Source: a virus (taxonomy: Duplodnaviria > Caudoviricetes). From it: a stretch of 37,374 bases of DNA. The stretch covers positions 1-37,374 of IMG/VR virus record IMGVR_UViG_3300037991_004913; one strand, written 5' to 3'. A program made the translations under genes and the position numbers. The notes under the pieces are model-generated. The model was not told the origin of the DNA. It did no database searches and saw only the letters and a list, made by a program, of their open reading frames with translations. The first letter of the stretch is position 1, and every line of letters starts with the position of its first letter. Of this stretch, positions 1 to 8,319 are shown in pieces.

Positions 1-902
1 TTAACTAACGCAGCCTCTTTAGGACCAGTCTGTTTAGCCAATGATCTCATGTTTAAACTTTTCTTATCTCCGTATGCCCATCTTCTAAGTAAACCTTCTT
101 TTACATCCTGAGATAGTTGAGGAAATTCTTTATCTATTAATTCTCTCCACCACATTTCATGATACCTAGAAACTTCATCTCCATCATTTAAGCCGTATCT
201 TTTTGCTAAAGCATTAACTTGATTAATAAACTTTTTCTTATTTGCAGTAAAATCTAAATCTCTTTGTAATTGAATTACTTTAGGAGGAATAATTTGAAAA
301 GTTTTTCCAATATCAGATTTTACTTTTTGAAGTATACTTGTTATTTCTTTGGCAGGTTGATTATTTGTACCTATGATATTACCTTTACCATCTGTTTCTT
401 TTATTCCATGAAATTGAATAACATCTCTATCATAATGAATAACATTTGGGTTTAATGAATAGATCAATTCCATATTCATAAAATCTTTTCCATTCTTAAA
501 ATACTTTTCCTGGTCCGCCGGTGAAAGCTTTCTTAGCAATTTATCCAAATCTTTAGCAGCAAAGATATAAGTATCTTCAACAAGTTTAGATGCATGCCCC
601 GTAAACATTTTAATGATACCATTAAGATCTATAGGATTTGCCATCTGTCCTTTGTTTCTGGCAAACTTTACTTTACCATCTTGCATAGTTACAAAAAGGT
701 TTTGCCCATCAGTCTTTTCGGTAGGATCTTCTTCAAAGTTTAATTGGCCTCTAAGGCCAGCATCAATCATTGCTTTAAAATCACCAAAAGTCAAATCCTT
801 ATCATCAAAAGGGTGAGCCATGTGGCCAGCTGCCCCGCCTTCAAAAAGAAATGGCTGGCTTTTATCGGCCAGCCATTCTTCAAACAGTTTTAAATGTTTC
901 AT
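1..902 (-). CDS. Partial (runs off left edge) ligase-like nucleotidyltransferase-fold phage protein
   Basis: Not in the ORF track. Hand translation from ATG at 902 gives MKHLKLFEEWLADKSQPFLFEGGAAGHMAHPFDDKDLTFGDF...PTEKTDGQNLFVT...FARNKG...NMELIY...IQFHG, open to base 1. EKTDG matches ligase motif I (KxDG). Confidence 0.75.
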   Translation of the reverse strand, partial: MKHLKLFEEWLADKSQPFLFEGGAAGHMAHPFDDKDLTFGDFKAMIDAGLRGQLNFEEDPTEKTDGQNLFVTMQDGKVKFARNKGQMANPIDLNGIIKMFTGHASKLVEDTYIFAAKDLDKLLRKLSPADQEKYFKNGKDFMNMELIYSLNPNVIHYDRDVIQFHGIKETDGKGNIIGTNNQPAKEITSILQKVKSDIGKTFQIIPPKVIQLQRDLDFTANKKKFINQVNALAKRYGLNDGDEVSRYHEMWWRELIDKEFPQLSQDVKEGLLRRWAYGDKKSLNMRSLAKQTGPKEAALV

Positions 903-916
903 TGGTTTGTTTTATA

Positions 917-2914
917 TTAGGATCCCATAGTTGCCTGTAAAGCTCCAACCATTGCGCCGTAGTCACCTTTATACTTATCTTTCAGTCCGTCTACAACTTC
1001 CATAGCTTTTGCCTCATCAAATTTGTCACCATGTGCATCTTTTAAGATTGCCATTGCATAGTCTTTAAAATCTGCATCGTTTGTGATTTCCTTTTCGTTA
1101 ACTTTACCTAATTTCTTTTCAGCAAGTTTTCTAAACTTTTCAGCAATTGAATCATCGGCATATACTTCTTCTTCCTTTACAATTTCTGTACCATCAGCTT
1201 TATCATCTGCCTCACCTTTAACTACATCAGTGATTACTTGGTCTTTGGAAATAAGATCTTTTCCTTTTCCTTCAACAGATTTTGGTTTTCCTTTATCCAT
1301 CATATCTCCTGCAATACCTGCAGCAGTTTCTGGTCCATCACCTTTGATTGCAGGAATAGCAATACCATCATCTCCAGCTTCTTCATCTTTAATTTCGTCG
1401 CCTTCTACTTTAGTAATTACTTCACCTACTGCTTCTTCTACAGCTTCATCTTTCTTCTCTTCTTCCTCTTCATCCTTTTCGTAATCTTCACCGGAATGAG
1501 TTTTAGATTTATCTCCTTTGTTTCCACCTAATACAACTTTGTCGTATTTTTCTTTTACTTCATCCTCTTCTTCTTCGTCTTTTTCATAATCTTCACCGGA
1601 ATGAGTTTTAGATTTATCACCTTTGTTTCCACCTAATACAACTCTATCATACTTTTCTTTTACTTCATCCTCTTCTTCATCTTCCATCTTACCATAACCT
1701 TCTTCTTTCTTTTCTTCTTCCTCGTCTTTTTGGTATTCTTCTTTTTTATCGTAGGCTTCTTTCATTTCGTCTTCTTCCTCTTCATCCTTTTCATAATCTT
1801 CTCCTGAGTGAGTTTTAGATTTATCTCCTTTGTTTCCACCTAATACAACTCTGTCGTATTTTTCTTTTACCTCATCTTCGTCTTCGTCTTCATCCTCATC
1901 TTCCATTTTACCATAAGCTTCATTGACAAAAGTTGCAAAAGACATTATAGTAGATTCATTCTTTTTAGCATCCTCCTCTTCCTCTTCATCATATTCTACA
2001 TCTTTCTTTAAAGCATCTATTTCTTTATCATCAGATTTAACTGCTCCTTTATAATGGTCTACTTTTTCTTTATCATCTTCGGAATCAACTTTCTTATCTC
2101 CCTTATCTTCCATCTCATCTCCTTTTCTTTCATCCTCTTCTCCTCTTTCTTCGTCGTCGTCATCATCATCATCTTCCATTTTACCATACCCTTCGGCAAG
2201 TGGATCTGCTGATGCAGCTACTGGCATAGCGTAGTCTTCTTTTTCTTCTTCATCATCATGATATTTAACGTTCTTGTTAATTGTCATTTCTTTTTCTTTA
2301 ACAAAATCTTCAAATGCCATAATTCTACGAGTAGCCTTTGGAGTTTCAACTTCTTCATTCTCAGCATCATCATCTTCTACTTCAACACCACCTTTGTCTT
2401 CTACTTCAGATGCTTCATCTGGAACTTCTTTAGTGATTTCTTGGTCTTTAGAAACTACTTCACCTTTATCTTTTTCTAAAGATTTAGGCTTACCGATAGA
2501 TAATACTTCATCCTCAATATCTTCAGCTCTGTCTTCTTCTACTTCTTTAGAATCAGACTCTGCTTTCTCTTCTTCAGCAACTTCAGAATCAGATGGGATT
2601 ACTTCTTCTTCTCCTTCTTTTTCTTTTCCTTCACCTTCTAAAGATTTAGGTGTGCCTTTGGCTTTCATTTCATCTTCTATATCTTCAGCTCTATCTTCTT
2701 CGATTTCATCTTCAGATATATCATTACTTTTAGCAACTGTCTTAGACATTGCTTCGAGTTTTGCAAGAAGATCTTTCTCCTTTTTTAACTCTTCTATACT
2801 GTCAAAACCAATCTTTTTGATCAATTCATCAACAGCTTCTTTGGTTACTTTTGCAGACTCTGTGATCGGTTGATCTTTAGCAGACATTGCAGAAAACTTT
2901 TTGATTGACTTCAT
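917..2914 (-). CDS. Highly acidic repeat-rich protein, probable prohead core/scaffold or internal head protein
   Basis: 665 aa dominated by E/D/K, with internal repeats, many (L/I/V/M)-x-E sites and a small folded-looking C-terminal domain (DFKDYAMAILKDAHGDKFDE...). Confidence 0.6.
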   Translation of the reverse strand: MKSIKKFSAMSAKDQPITESAKVTKEAVDELIKKIGFDSIEELKKEKDLLAKLEAMSKTVAKSNDISEDEIEEDRAEDIEDEMKAKGTPKSLEGEGKEKEGEEEVIPSDSEVAEEEKAESDSKEVEEDRAEDIEDEVLSIGKPKSLEKDKGEVVSKDQEITKEVPDEASEVEDKGGVEVEDDDAENEEVETPKATRRIMAFEDFVKEKEMTINKNVKYHDDEEEKEDYAMPVAASADPLAEGYGKMEDDDDDDDEERGEEDERKGDEMEDKGDKKVDSEDDKEKVDHYKGAVKSDDKEIDALKKDVEYDEEEEEDAKKNESTIMSFATFVNEAYGKMEDEDEDEDEDEVKEKYDRVVLGGNKGDKSKTHSGEDYEKDEEEEDEMKEAYDKKEEYQKDEEEEKKEEGYGKMEDEEEDEVKEKYDRVVLGGNKGDKSKTHSGEDYEKDEEEEDEVKEKYDKVVLGGNKGDKSKTHSGEDYEKDEEEEEKKDEAVEEAVGEVITKVEGDEIKDEEAGDDGIAIPAIKGDGPETAAGIAGDMMDKGKPKSVEGKGKDLISKDQVITDVVKGEADDKADGTEIVKEEEVYADDSIAEKFRKLAEKKLGKVNEKEITNDADFKDYAMAILKDAHGDKFDEAKAMEVVDGLKDKYKGDYGAMVGALQATMGS
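1460..1880 (-). repeat. Three near-identical ~35-aa coding repeats (EVKEKYD(R/K)VVLGGNKGDKSKTHSGEDYEKDEEEE)
   Basis: Copies near 1484-1567, 1589-1672 and 1796-1876, differing mostly at synonymous sites. Confidence 0.95.
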
Positions 2915-2934
2915 TTTAGTTATTTTTATTTTTT

Positions 2935-2943
2935 TTATATATC
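2935..2943 (-). promoter_or_regulatory. Putative late promoter motif GATATATAA
   Basis: About 20 nt upstream of the ATG at 2914; the same core recurs upstream of other genes. Confidence 0.55.
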
Positions 2944-2970
2944 CATGTACTTGAGAAAAGATATTCTATA

Positions 2971-4476
2971 TTAGAATCTTATGTTTTGCACCTCAAAAGG
3001 AAACTTTTCTTCTTTATATATTGTTCGCCTAGCTATACCGTGGCGGTAGATATAATTTACCCAGTCATGATCCTCGGCTTTATATCTAAAATCATCAATA
3101 AAATCATAAATTTTTACAATTTCTTTTGATGCATGCTTTCTTAATCCTCTACCAATGCTTTGTCTAATAATCACTTCGGACTTAAAGCTCTCAGTAAAAA
3201 AGATATTATGTATATTTTTAATAGAAATTCCAGTAGAAAAAGTACCATAAGATGCTACAATTATAACATCATTATTCTTTTCCATCCTCTTTTTAAATTC
3301 TTCTCTTATATCAACATTAACAGATCCATCTACATAGTATACCTTCTTGTCTGTTATATGCCTTAATTTATTATATAGCTTTTCACCGTATGCTATTTTA
3401 TGAAATAATACTAGTGAATTTGATGTTGACTTTTTAATTACTTGGCAAACAAAATCTAACCTCTTTTCGCTTTCATTAATAAAATTTTGCTCTAATCCAA
3501 ATAGTTTTTGCCTGTCGTGTGGATTCTTTGACAAAAATGAAAACGACTCTTTTTGTTCAGGTGTTGCATAATCCATGTGGAGCTGCATAACTTTACAGCT
3601 TGCAATGTAACCCTCATCTTGTAGATAGTTTGCCTTAACTTGAGTAACTAATGGACCCATTGCTGACATTAAGCTTAATCTATTGACCGTTCCTCTTTTA
3701 GGAATAGTTCCACTCAAACCAAACCTAAAATCACAATGCCAACATTTGTCCATAATCTTTTGTATAGAGTTTGCTTTTGCTTTATGAGTCTCATCTACAA
3801 ATACAGCATCAAACTGCTTAAAGTATTCTTCATCTTTTTTGACAAGAGATTGATATGTTCCTATCACCAGATTAGAACTTTTTCTTATTTTTACCCCGGC
3901 GTATATTTGTTGAGTTTTAAGAGGAACTCTGCTCTTGTTATATTCTTCAAAATCACCTGTTGCCTGAAGGACTAGATTTACATTAGGAACGATCATTAAG
4001 ATTTTCTTTTTTCCTAATACTTCCATCATATAAGCAACAACCATAAATGAGATAAGTGTTTTACCTGCAGAGGTAGCAAGTTCAGCTAAACATCTTCTAT
4101 ACTTTAAAATCTTATATGCTGCATCTATTTGGTATTCTCTAGGTTGAAAGTTAGGATGATCTTTAAAGAAGTCATCAACCCATGATCTAAAATTTTCTTC
4201 ATTTATTGTGGTATCAAAAATTTTAGTTATACCATCAAGAGAATATTGAAAATCATAATCTTTACATATATCAATTATCTCTTTCCACAAACCAGCTGGA
4301 ATTTTATTTCTTTTTACAAATGATACATTGCCATCCCAGACTCTCTTTTTTACCAAAGGATGGAAACGCCAACCTTCAATTTTTTTAGTCAAGCTACTTT
4401 TTAGTTGATCATACTCTAATTCAGTACAAGCATCTATAACTAAAAACTTTTTATTTTCTGAGAGGGATAATTCCAT
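2971..4476 (-). CDS. uvsW: UvsW-like SF2 DNA helicase
   Basis: PREYQ Q-motif, ATSAGKT Walker A, DETH box, GLSGT motif III, STGISI and QSIGRGLR motif VI; N-terminal WDG domain typical of T4 UvsW. Confidence 0.93.
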   Translation of the reverse strand: MELSLSENKKFLVIDACTELEYDQLKSSLTKKIEGWRFHPLVKKRVWDGNVSFVKRNKIPAGLWKEIIDICKDYDFQYSLDGITKIFDTTINEENFRSWVDDFFKDHPNFQPREYQIDAAYKILKYRRCLAELATSAGKTLISFMVVAYMMEVLGKKKILMIVPNVNLVLQATGDFEEYNKSRVPLKTQQIYAGVKIRKSSNLVIGTYQSLVKKDEEYFKQFDAVFVDETHKAKANSIQKIMDKCWHCDFRFGLSGTIPKRGTVNRLSLMSAMGPLVTQVKANYLQDEGYIASCKVMQLHMDYATPEQKESFSFLSKNPHDRQKLFGLEQNFINESEKRLDFVCQVIKKSTSNSLVLFHKIAYGEKLYNKLRHITDKKVYYVDGSVNVDIREEFKKRMEKNNDVIIVASYGTFSTGISIKNIHNIFFTESFKSEVIIRQSIGRGLRKHASKEIVKIYDFIDDFRYKAEDHDWVNYIYRHGIARRTIYKEEKFPFEVQNIRF

Positions 4477-4925
4477 TACTGTTGTTCATCATCCAAACGG
4501 ATTCTATTACGAATAGCAAATGCTAAGTTATCGCATGTTTTCATGCATTCTTGGTAATAATCAATATGTGATTGTAACATTTCCATTTGTGTTCTTAAGT
4601 TGGACAAGTCAGCCTTAATAAAAGCAACCTTTTCTCCGCTTGTTAGTTTTACATCATAATCAATAGAATATTCTCTATACTTAATTTTGTAATACCTATC
4701 ATATGCTGCTTGCCTTTTCTGTTTTGTAGTTTTAAAATCAGTTATCTTATCTAGTAATATTTGTCTATAAGATAGCATAGTAACCTGACACTCAGAAAGA
4801 TTGCTCATATTTTTTAATAGAGAAACCAAATTACTTATCTTTTCTTTCCAACTATCTCGGTCTTTTGCTAACCTTAATGCTAATTCTTCATTAGCCGTAC
4901 CTGTTGCCGTATCATCGTATGCCAT
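4476..4925 (-). CDS. uvsY: UvsY-like recombination mediator protein
   Basis: 149-aa helical protein with YREYS...VKLT..EK..FIKADL and C-terminal FAIRNRI; lies directly upstream of uvsW as in T4-like phages. Confidence 0.7.
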   Translation of the reverse strand: MAYDDTATGTANEELALRLAKDRDSWKEKISNLVSLLKNMSNLSECQVTMLSYRQILLDKITDFKTTKQKRQAAYDRYYKIKYREYSIDYDVKLTSGEKVAFIKADLSNLRTQMEMLQSHIDYYQECMKTCDNLAFAIRNRIRLDDEQQ

Positions 4926-5143
4926 TAAAATATACCTTTATCGTTATTATTCTTTTTATATTTTTTTACTTTAGGCTGAAATTTCTTTTTTGGTGGAGGA
5001 ATAGAAAAACTTGTATTAACTTCACCTAATTCAGACTTAGTAAACTTAGATAAAAATTTAAGCCTTTTGTTACTGGTTTCTAGGTCTTTATAAAAATCAT
5101 CTATTTCTTCATTCACAAATCTTGTATAATTTTTTACTCTCAT
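4925..5143 (-). CDS. Small hypothetical protein with CTS-like N-terminus and basic C-terminus
   Basis: 72 aa, TAATG-coupled to both neighbours; starts MRVKNYTRFVNEE. Confidence 0.7.
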   Translation of the reverse strand: MRVKNYTRFVNEEIDDFYKDLETSNKRLKFLSKFTKSELGEVNTSFSIPPPKKKFQPKVKKYKKNNNDKGIF

Positions 5144-6216
5144 TACACGAATACAATATCTAATGAGTTGTTTGTAAAATATTTATCCAACTCATTCAAA
5201 CAGCCAGTTCTTTTACTATACTCATATTTAACCAAATCATTTAAATCTTTTATCTTTCTTGCAGGTATATTAAAATCTTTTAAAAACTTATCCCACATAA
5301 AGACAGTTTGCCCACCTTTAAGTTTTTCTATCATTCTTGACTTTCCTTCTATATCATTATCAAAGAAATAACGAGCAGTAGGAATTTCATTAAATTCAAT
5401 TATTTGTTTTTTGACTCCAGTTAATCCTACGGAGTTTGTCATAAACATTGCATCAATAGGACCTTCAAAAATAGAAAACTCTCTACTCATATCTACAGAT
5501 AAGATTCCAAAGAGCATTGATATTTTATTCAGATTATCCAGTTCTTCTTCAGAAACATTAAGAGGTCTTTTTAAGCGATCATATATCCTTCCTATGTTCC
5601 ATGTCTTATATTTAGGCCCACCGTTACCACCTAAGTCTCTAGTTTGAAAACCTAATATCTTTTTATCAGGAGTTAAGTTAAAAACATAAAGCTCTCTACG
5701 CCTTGGATCAAAACCAAACCTATCTGTCTTATGATGAAGTAATCTACTCTTAAGATAAGGGTATGCCTGATAGGTTAAGGAGTTAATAGGATAAACATTA
5801 AAACCTAGAGCAATTTCATCAAAAGTTAAAGCCAGTTCTTTAGCCTTATCAAAAAGATAAAAATCTAAACTTTCTCCTAATGAATAATTTTTTCTATTTT
5901 CTTTAATGTAATTTAATACATCTATTCTATCCTCACCTTCAAAATTTTCATTATGATCTTTTAGAAAAGTATCTAAAGTTTCATGAGCTGAACAATTATA
6001 ACAATGAAAGTATAAATCATTCCAATAAATGTTTCCTCTTTTCTTTCGTGGTGTAGTAGAAGAATCACCACAGTATGGGCATGCAAAATTTAATCTTCCT
6101 TTACTTTCTAATATCCTTCTTTTCTCGGGATGAGAATGTTGGGTATGAAGAACTCGGACTACCTTTTCGATAATCCGAGCTTTCATTTCAGAAGATATTA
6201 CTACTTCTGTTCCCAT
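5143..6216 (-). CDS. DNA primase (T4 gp61-like, zinc finger plus TOPRIM)
   Basis: CPYCGDS...HCYNC zinc-binding domain, PKY, FEGPIDA, FFDND and KDLND TOPRIM motifs. Confidence 0.9.
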   Translation of the reverse strand: MGTEVVISSEMKARIIEKVVRVLHTQHSHPEKRRILESKGRLNFACPYCGDSSTTPRKKRGNIYWNDLYFHCYNCSAHETLDTFLKDHNENFEGEDRIDVLNYIKENRKNYSLGESLDFYLFDKAKELALTFDEIALGFNVYPINSLTYQAYPYLKSRLLHHKTDRFGFDPRRRELYVFNLTPDKKILGFQTRDLGGNGGPKYKTWNIGRIYDRLKRPLNVSEEELDNLNKISMLFGILSVDMSREFSIFEGPIDAMFMTNSVGLTGVKKQIIEFNEIPTARYFFDNDIEGKSRMIEKLKGGQTVFMWDKFLKDFNIPARKIKDLNDLVKYEYSKRTGCLNELDKYFTNNSLDIVFV

Positions 6217-6221
6217 ACTTA

Positions 6222-7142
6222 TTAAAGATCTAACCCATTAATAAAATCATCGAAGTCATCCTTCTTTTCTTCAGTCTTTGTTTCTGTTGCAGTTGCAGTT
6301 TCTGTTTTTGTTTCAGTAACTTTTTCAGCAGCAGCTTCAGTAACTTTAGGTGCTGAAGGAGCAGGTTTAGATGAAGTGATGTTTTCGATAGCAGATCCTG
6401 GAGAAGTAAACTGAGAAAGTACATTCATTACTTTACCTCTAATCTCATCATTCCATGCCTTATATCCCCAGTTAGATAATTCAGGTGCATCTTTCAATAA
6501 TTCCAATACAGCCTTTCTTCCTTCGTCAGTGTCAGTAATTTTTTCACCTTCGATTTCCATTGCTGATTTGTTACCATGAAATTTACTTGAATCATAATTA
6601 GGGTATCCACCTTTTTTAGAAATTACCAATTCAAAATTCTTTCCTTCAAACGGATCGAATACTTGAGTTGGCTCATCAAATTGTGGGTTTAGTTCTTCAT
6701 CAATTTTTGTTTTGATTTTGTAACCAAACTTCATAATTTTGACTTGTCCTTCTAAGTCTCTGTTCTGTGGATCTTTTACGATTTGTACTAATGCATAAAA
6801 TACCTCTCTTCTTTTTAATCCTTCAGACATCTTTTTATCTACAGCAGATTCAGAGTTTCTTAGTTTAAAGAACATATCCTGTACAGGACATTTTTCTCCA
6901 ACCGTTGAAGGGGAATCAACATAAAAGCCATTTCCTTCTCTGTCTTCTAGCCAGTAGACAAATTTTCTTTCAAAAGGTTTTCTAGGGTTTTTAGCATTAG
7001 GAAGAAACCTAATTAAAGAACGGTAAGTTCCGTCCTGTCCTTGGTCTGGTTTAGGTGAATAGAGATCGCTACCTGCGGTTGGTCTTTCACCAGTGTCCAA
7101 ATCCTTTACACTTACATTAAAAATATCAAATTCATTTGCCAT
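6222..7142 (-). CDS. Single-stranded DNA-binding protein (T4 gp32-like)
   Basis: IRFLP, CPV, VKDP..EGQVKI.KFG.KI, FDPFEGKNF and YPNYDSSKF motifs; acidic tail DDFDDFINGLDL. Confidence 0.9.
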   Translation of the reverse strand: MANEFDIFNVSVKDLDTGERPTAGSDLYSPKPDQGQDGTYRSLIRFLPNAKNPRKPFERKFVYWLEDREGNGFYVDSPSTVGEKCPVQDMFFKLRNSESAVDKKMSEGLKRREVFYALVQIVKDPQNRDLEGQVKIMKFGYKIKTKIDEELNPQFDEPTQVFDPFEGKNFELVISKKGGYPNYDSSKFHGNKSAMEIEGEKITDTDEGRKAVLELLKDAPELSNWGYKAWNDEIRGKVMNVLSQFTSPGSAIENITSSKPAPSAPKVTEAAAEKVTETKTETATATETKTEEKKDDFDDFINGLDL

Positions 7143-7283
7143 TTTATTGCCTTTTTTTTTGTTAATAATTATTTAATTGATAACAAAGCTCCATGCCTAA
7201 ACTATTATTGCCTATTTACTTTGCCTCGTTATCGCCAGTTTAAAAGGTACCAATATTATTGATTCCTTTGTTATTTATATATC
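7143..7283 (-). promoter_or_regulatory. Long structured 5' leader of the SSB gene with a late promoter (GATATATAAATA, containing TATAAATA) at 7272-7283
   Basis: 11-bp stem between 7179-7189 and 7223-7233, repeated AGGCA(A/T), and an A9 run just upstream of the ATG. Confidence 0.55.
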
Positions 7284-7300
7284 TCTTAGGTAGGTTTGTT

Positions 7301-7588
7301 TCACCATATTTGTACATTTTTATCTAAAATAATAGCGGTTATATCGCGTTCTCTTAGACTAAATATAGTTTCGTCCTTATGTGTAAATTCAATACCTGCT
7401 AAATCATGAAAAAGAACCTTTTGTCCTATTTTATATTCTTTATCTTCTACTTCATCTCCTATTGCTATGATAGTACCTGCATAAGGTGGTGCCATCATAC
7501 CTTTCTTTTCAAGCAGAATAATATCTCCTTTTTTCTCTGGTTGTGGATCTTTTTTTAAAAATATTCTATTTCCTAAAGGTTTTATCAT
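7301..7588 (-). CDS. groES: Co-chaperonin GroES/Cpn10
   Basis: MIKPLGNRIFLK, GDIIL mobile loop, GTIIAIG, GQKVLF and LRERDITAI motifs. ATG at 7588 preferred over TTG at 7603. Confidence 0.9.
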   Translation of the reverse strand: MIKPLGNRIFLKKDPQPEKKGDIILLEKKGMMAPPYAGTIIAIGDEVEDKEYKIGQKVLFHDLAGIEFTHKDETIFSLRERDITAIILDKNVQIW

Positions 7589-7653
7589 AGTATTCTGAAA
7601 CAAATTTTAAAAGTTGCAATATAATTTTTAACTATTCTCAGAAAGAGAAGTAT

Positions 7654-8313
7654 CTAGTTATTAGCTTTCATGGCTTTAAGTATAAAGTAGGCATCAATGA
7701 TGTCATCTATGGGTTTAGGAATTTTTGTGCTGAAGTCTTTTCCTTGACACCATTTCCAAAGTTTAGTGCTCCTTAAGCTCTTATCTTTTAACACATCATT
7801 TTGAAATGCTTCAGCCATGTAATGTTTGTTTGCATTCCCTTTACCTGCTAACTTCTTTACATGAGAAGGTTGAAAGACTGAAAGATTTTCAATTGAGTAT
7901 TTATCAATTAATGCTTTCCTTAAAAAAGTATTGTATTGAATAATGTCTATAAATGAATTTCCTTTTGATCCATAAGAGAATCCTTCTAATGCCACATTTA
8001 CCACATCACCTTCAAATAATGTAGAAAATATACCTACCATTAAAGAACTAATATTACCAGCATCTTCTAACTTCTGGCGTTCTCTAGGTAAAAAATCTTT
8101 ACTCGTTACTTGGCGATTATAAGGAAACCCTAAAATTGCTTCATCATCCATTAATTCTTTATGGACACTAAAAGCTTTAGGTATTTTTTTACCTTCTTCA
8201 TCCCATATACGATTTCCGTAATTAAAAAAAGTTATAAAGTGATATTTGCCATCTGCTGTTTCTACACAAGCCCCTGGACTATTTAAAGAAAAATCAATTC
8301 CTATGTGTATCAT
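7654..8313 (-). CDS. RuvC-like Holliday junction resolvase
   Basis: IGIDFSLNSPG, VALEGFSYG, PSHVKKLAGKGNANK and DDIIDAY give the RNase H-fold acidic tetrad. Confidence 0.85.
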   Translation of the reverse strand: MIHIGIDFSLNSPGACVETADGKYHFITFFNYGNRIWDEEGKKIPKAFSVHKELMDDEAILGFPYNRQVTSKDFLPRERQKLEDAGNISSLMVGIFSTLFEGDVVNVALEGFSYGSKGNSFIDIIQYNTFLRKALIDKYSIENLSVFQPSHVKKLAGKGNANKHYMAEAFQNDVLKDKSLRSTKLWKWCQGKDFSTKIPKPIDDIIDAYFILKAMKANN

Positions 8314-8319
8314 TAATAA

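Noticed and set aside
1460-1880. Direct repeats as a possible CRISPR array or DGR template/variable repeat pair
   Set aside because: Repeats are in-frame coding units with mostly synonymous differences, no unique spacers and no evident adenine-specific pattern; no cas or reverse transcriptase gene is in the window.
7589-7603. TTG start at 7603 for groES
   Set aside because: GroES proteins begin at M-x-K-P-L; ATG at 7588 fits the family, and the extension lies in a hairpin.
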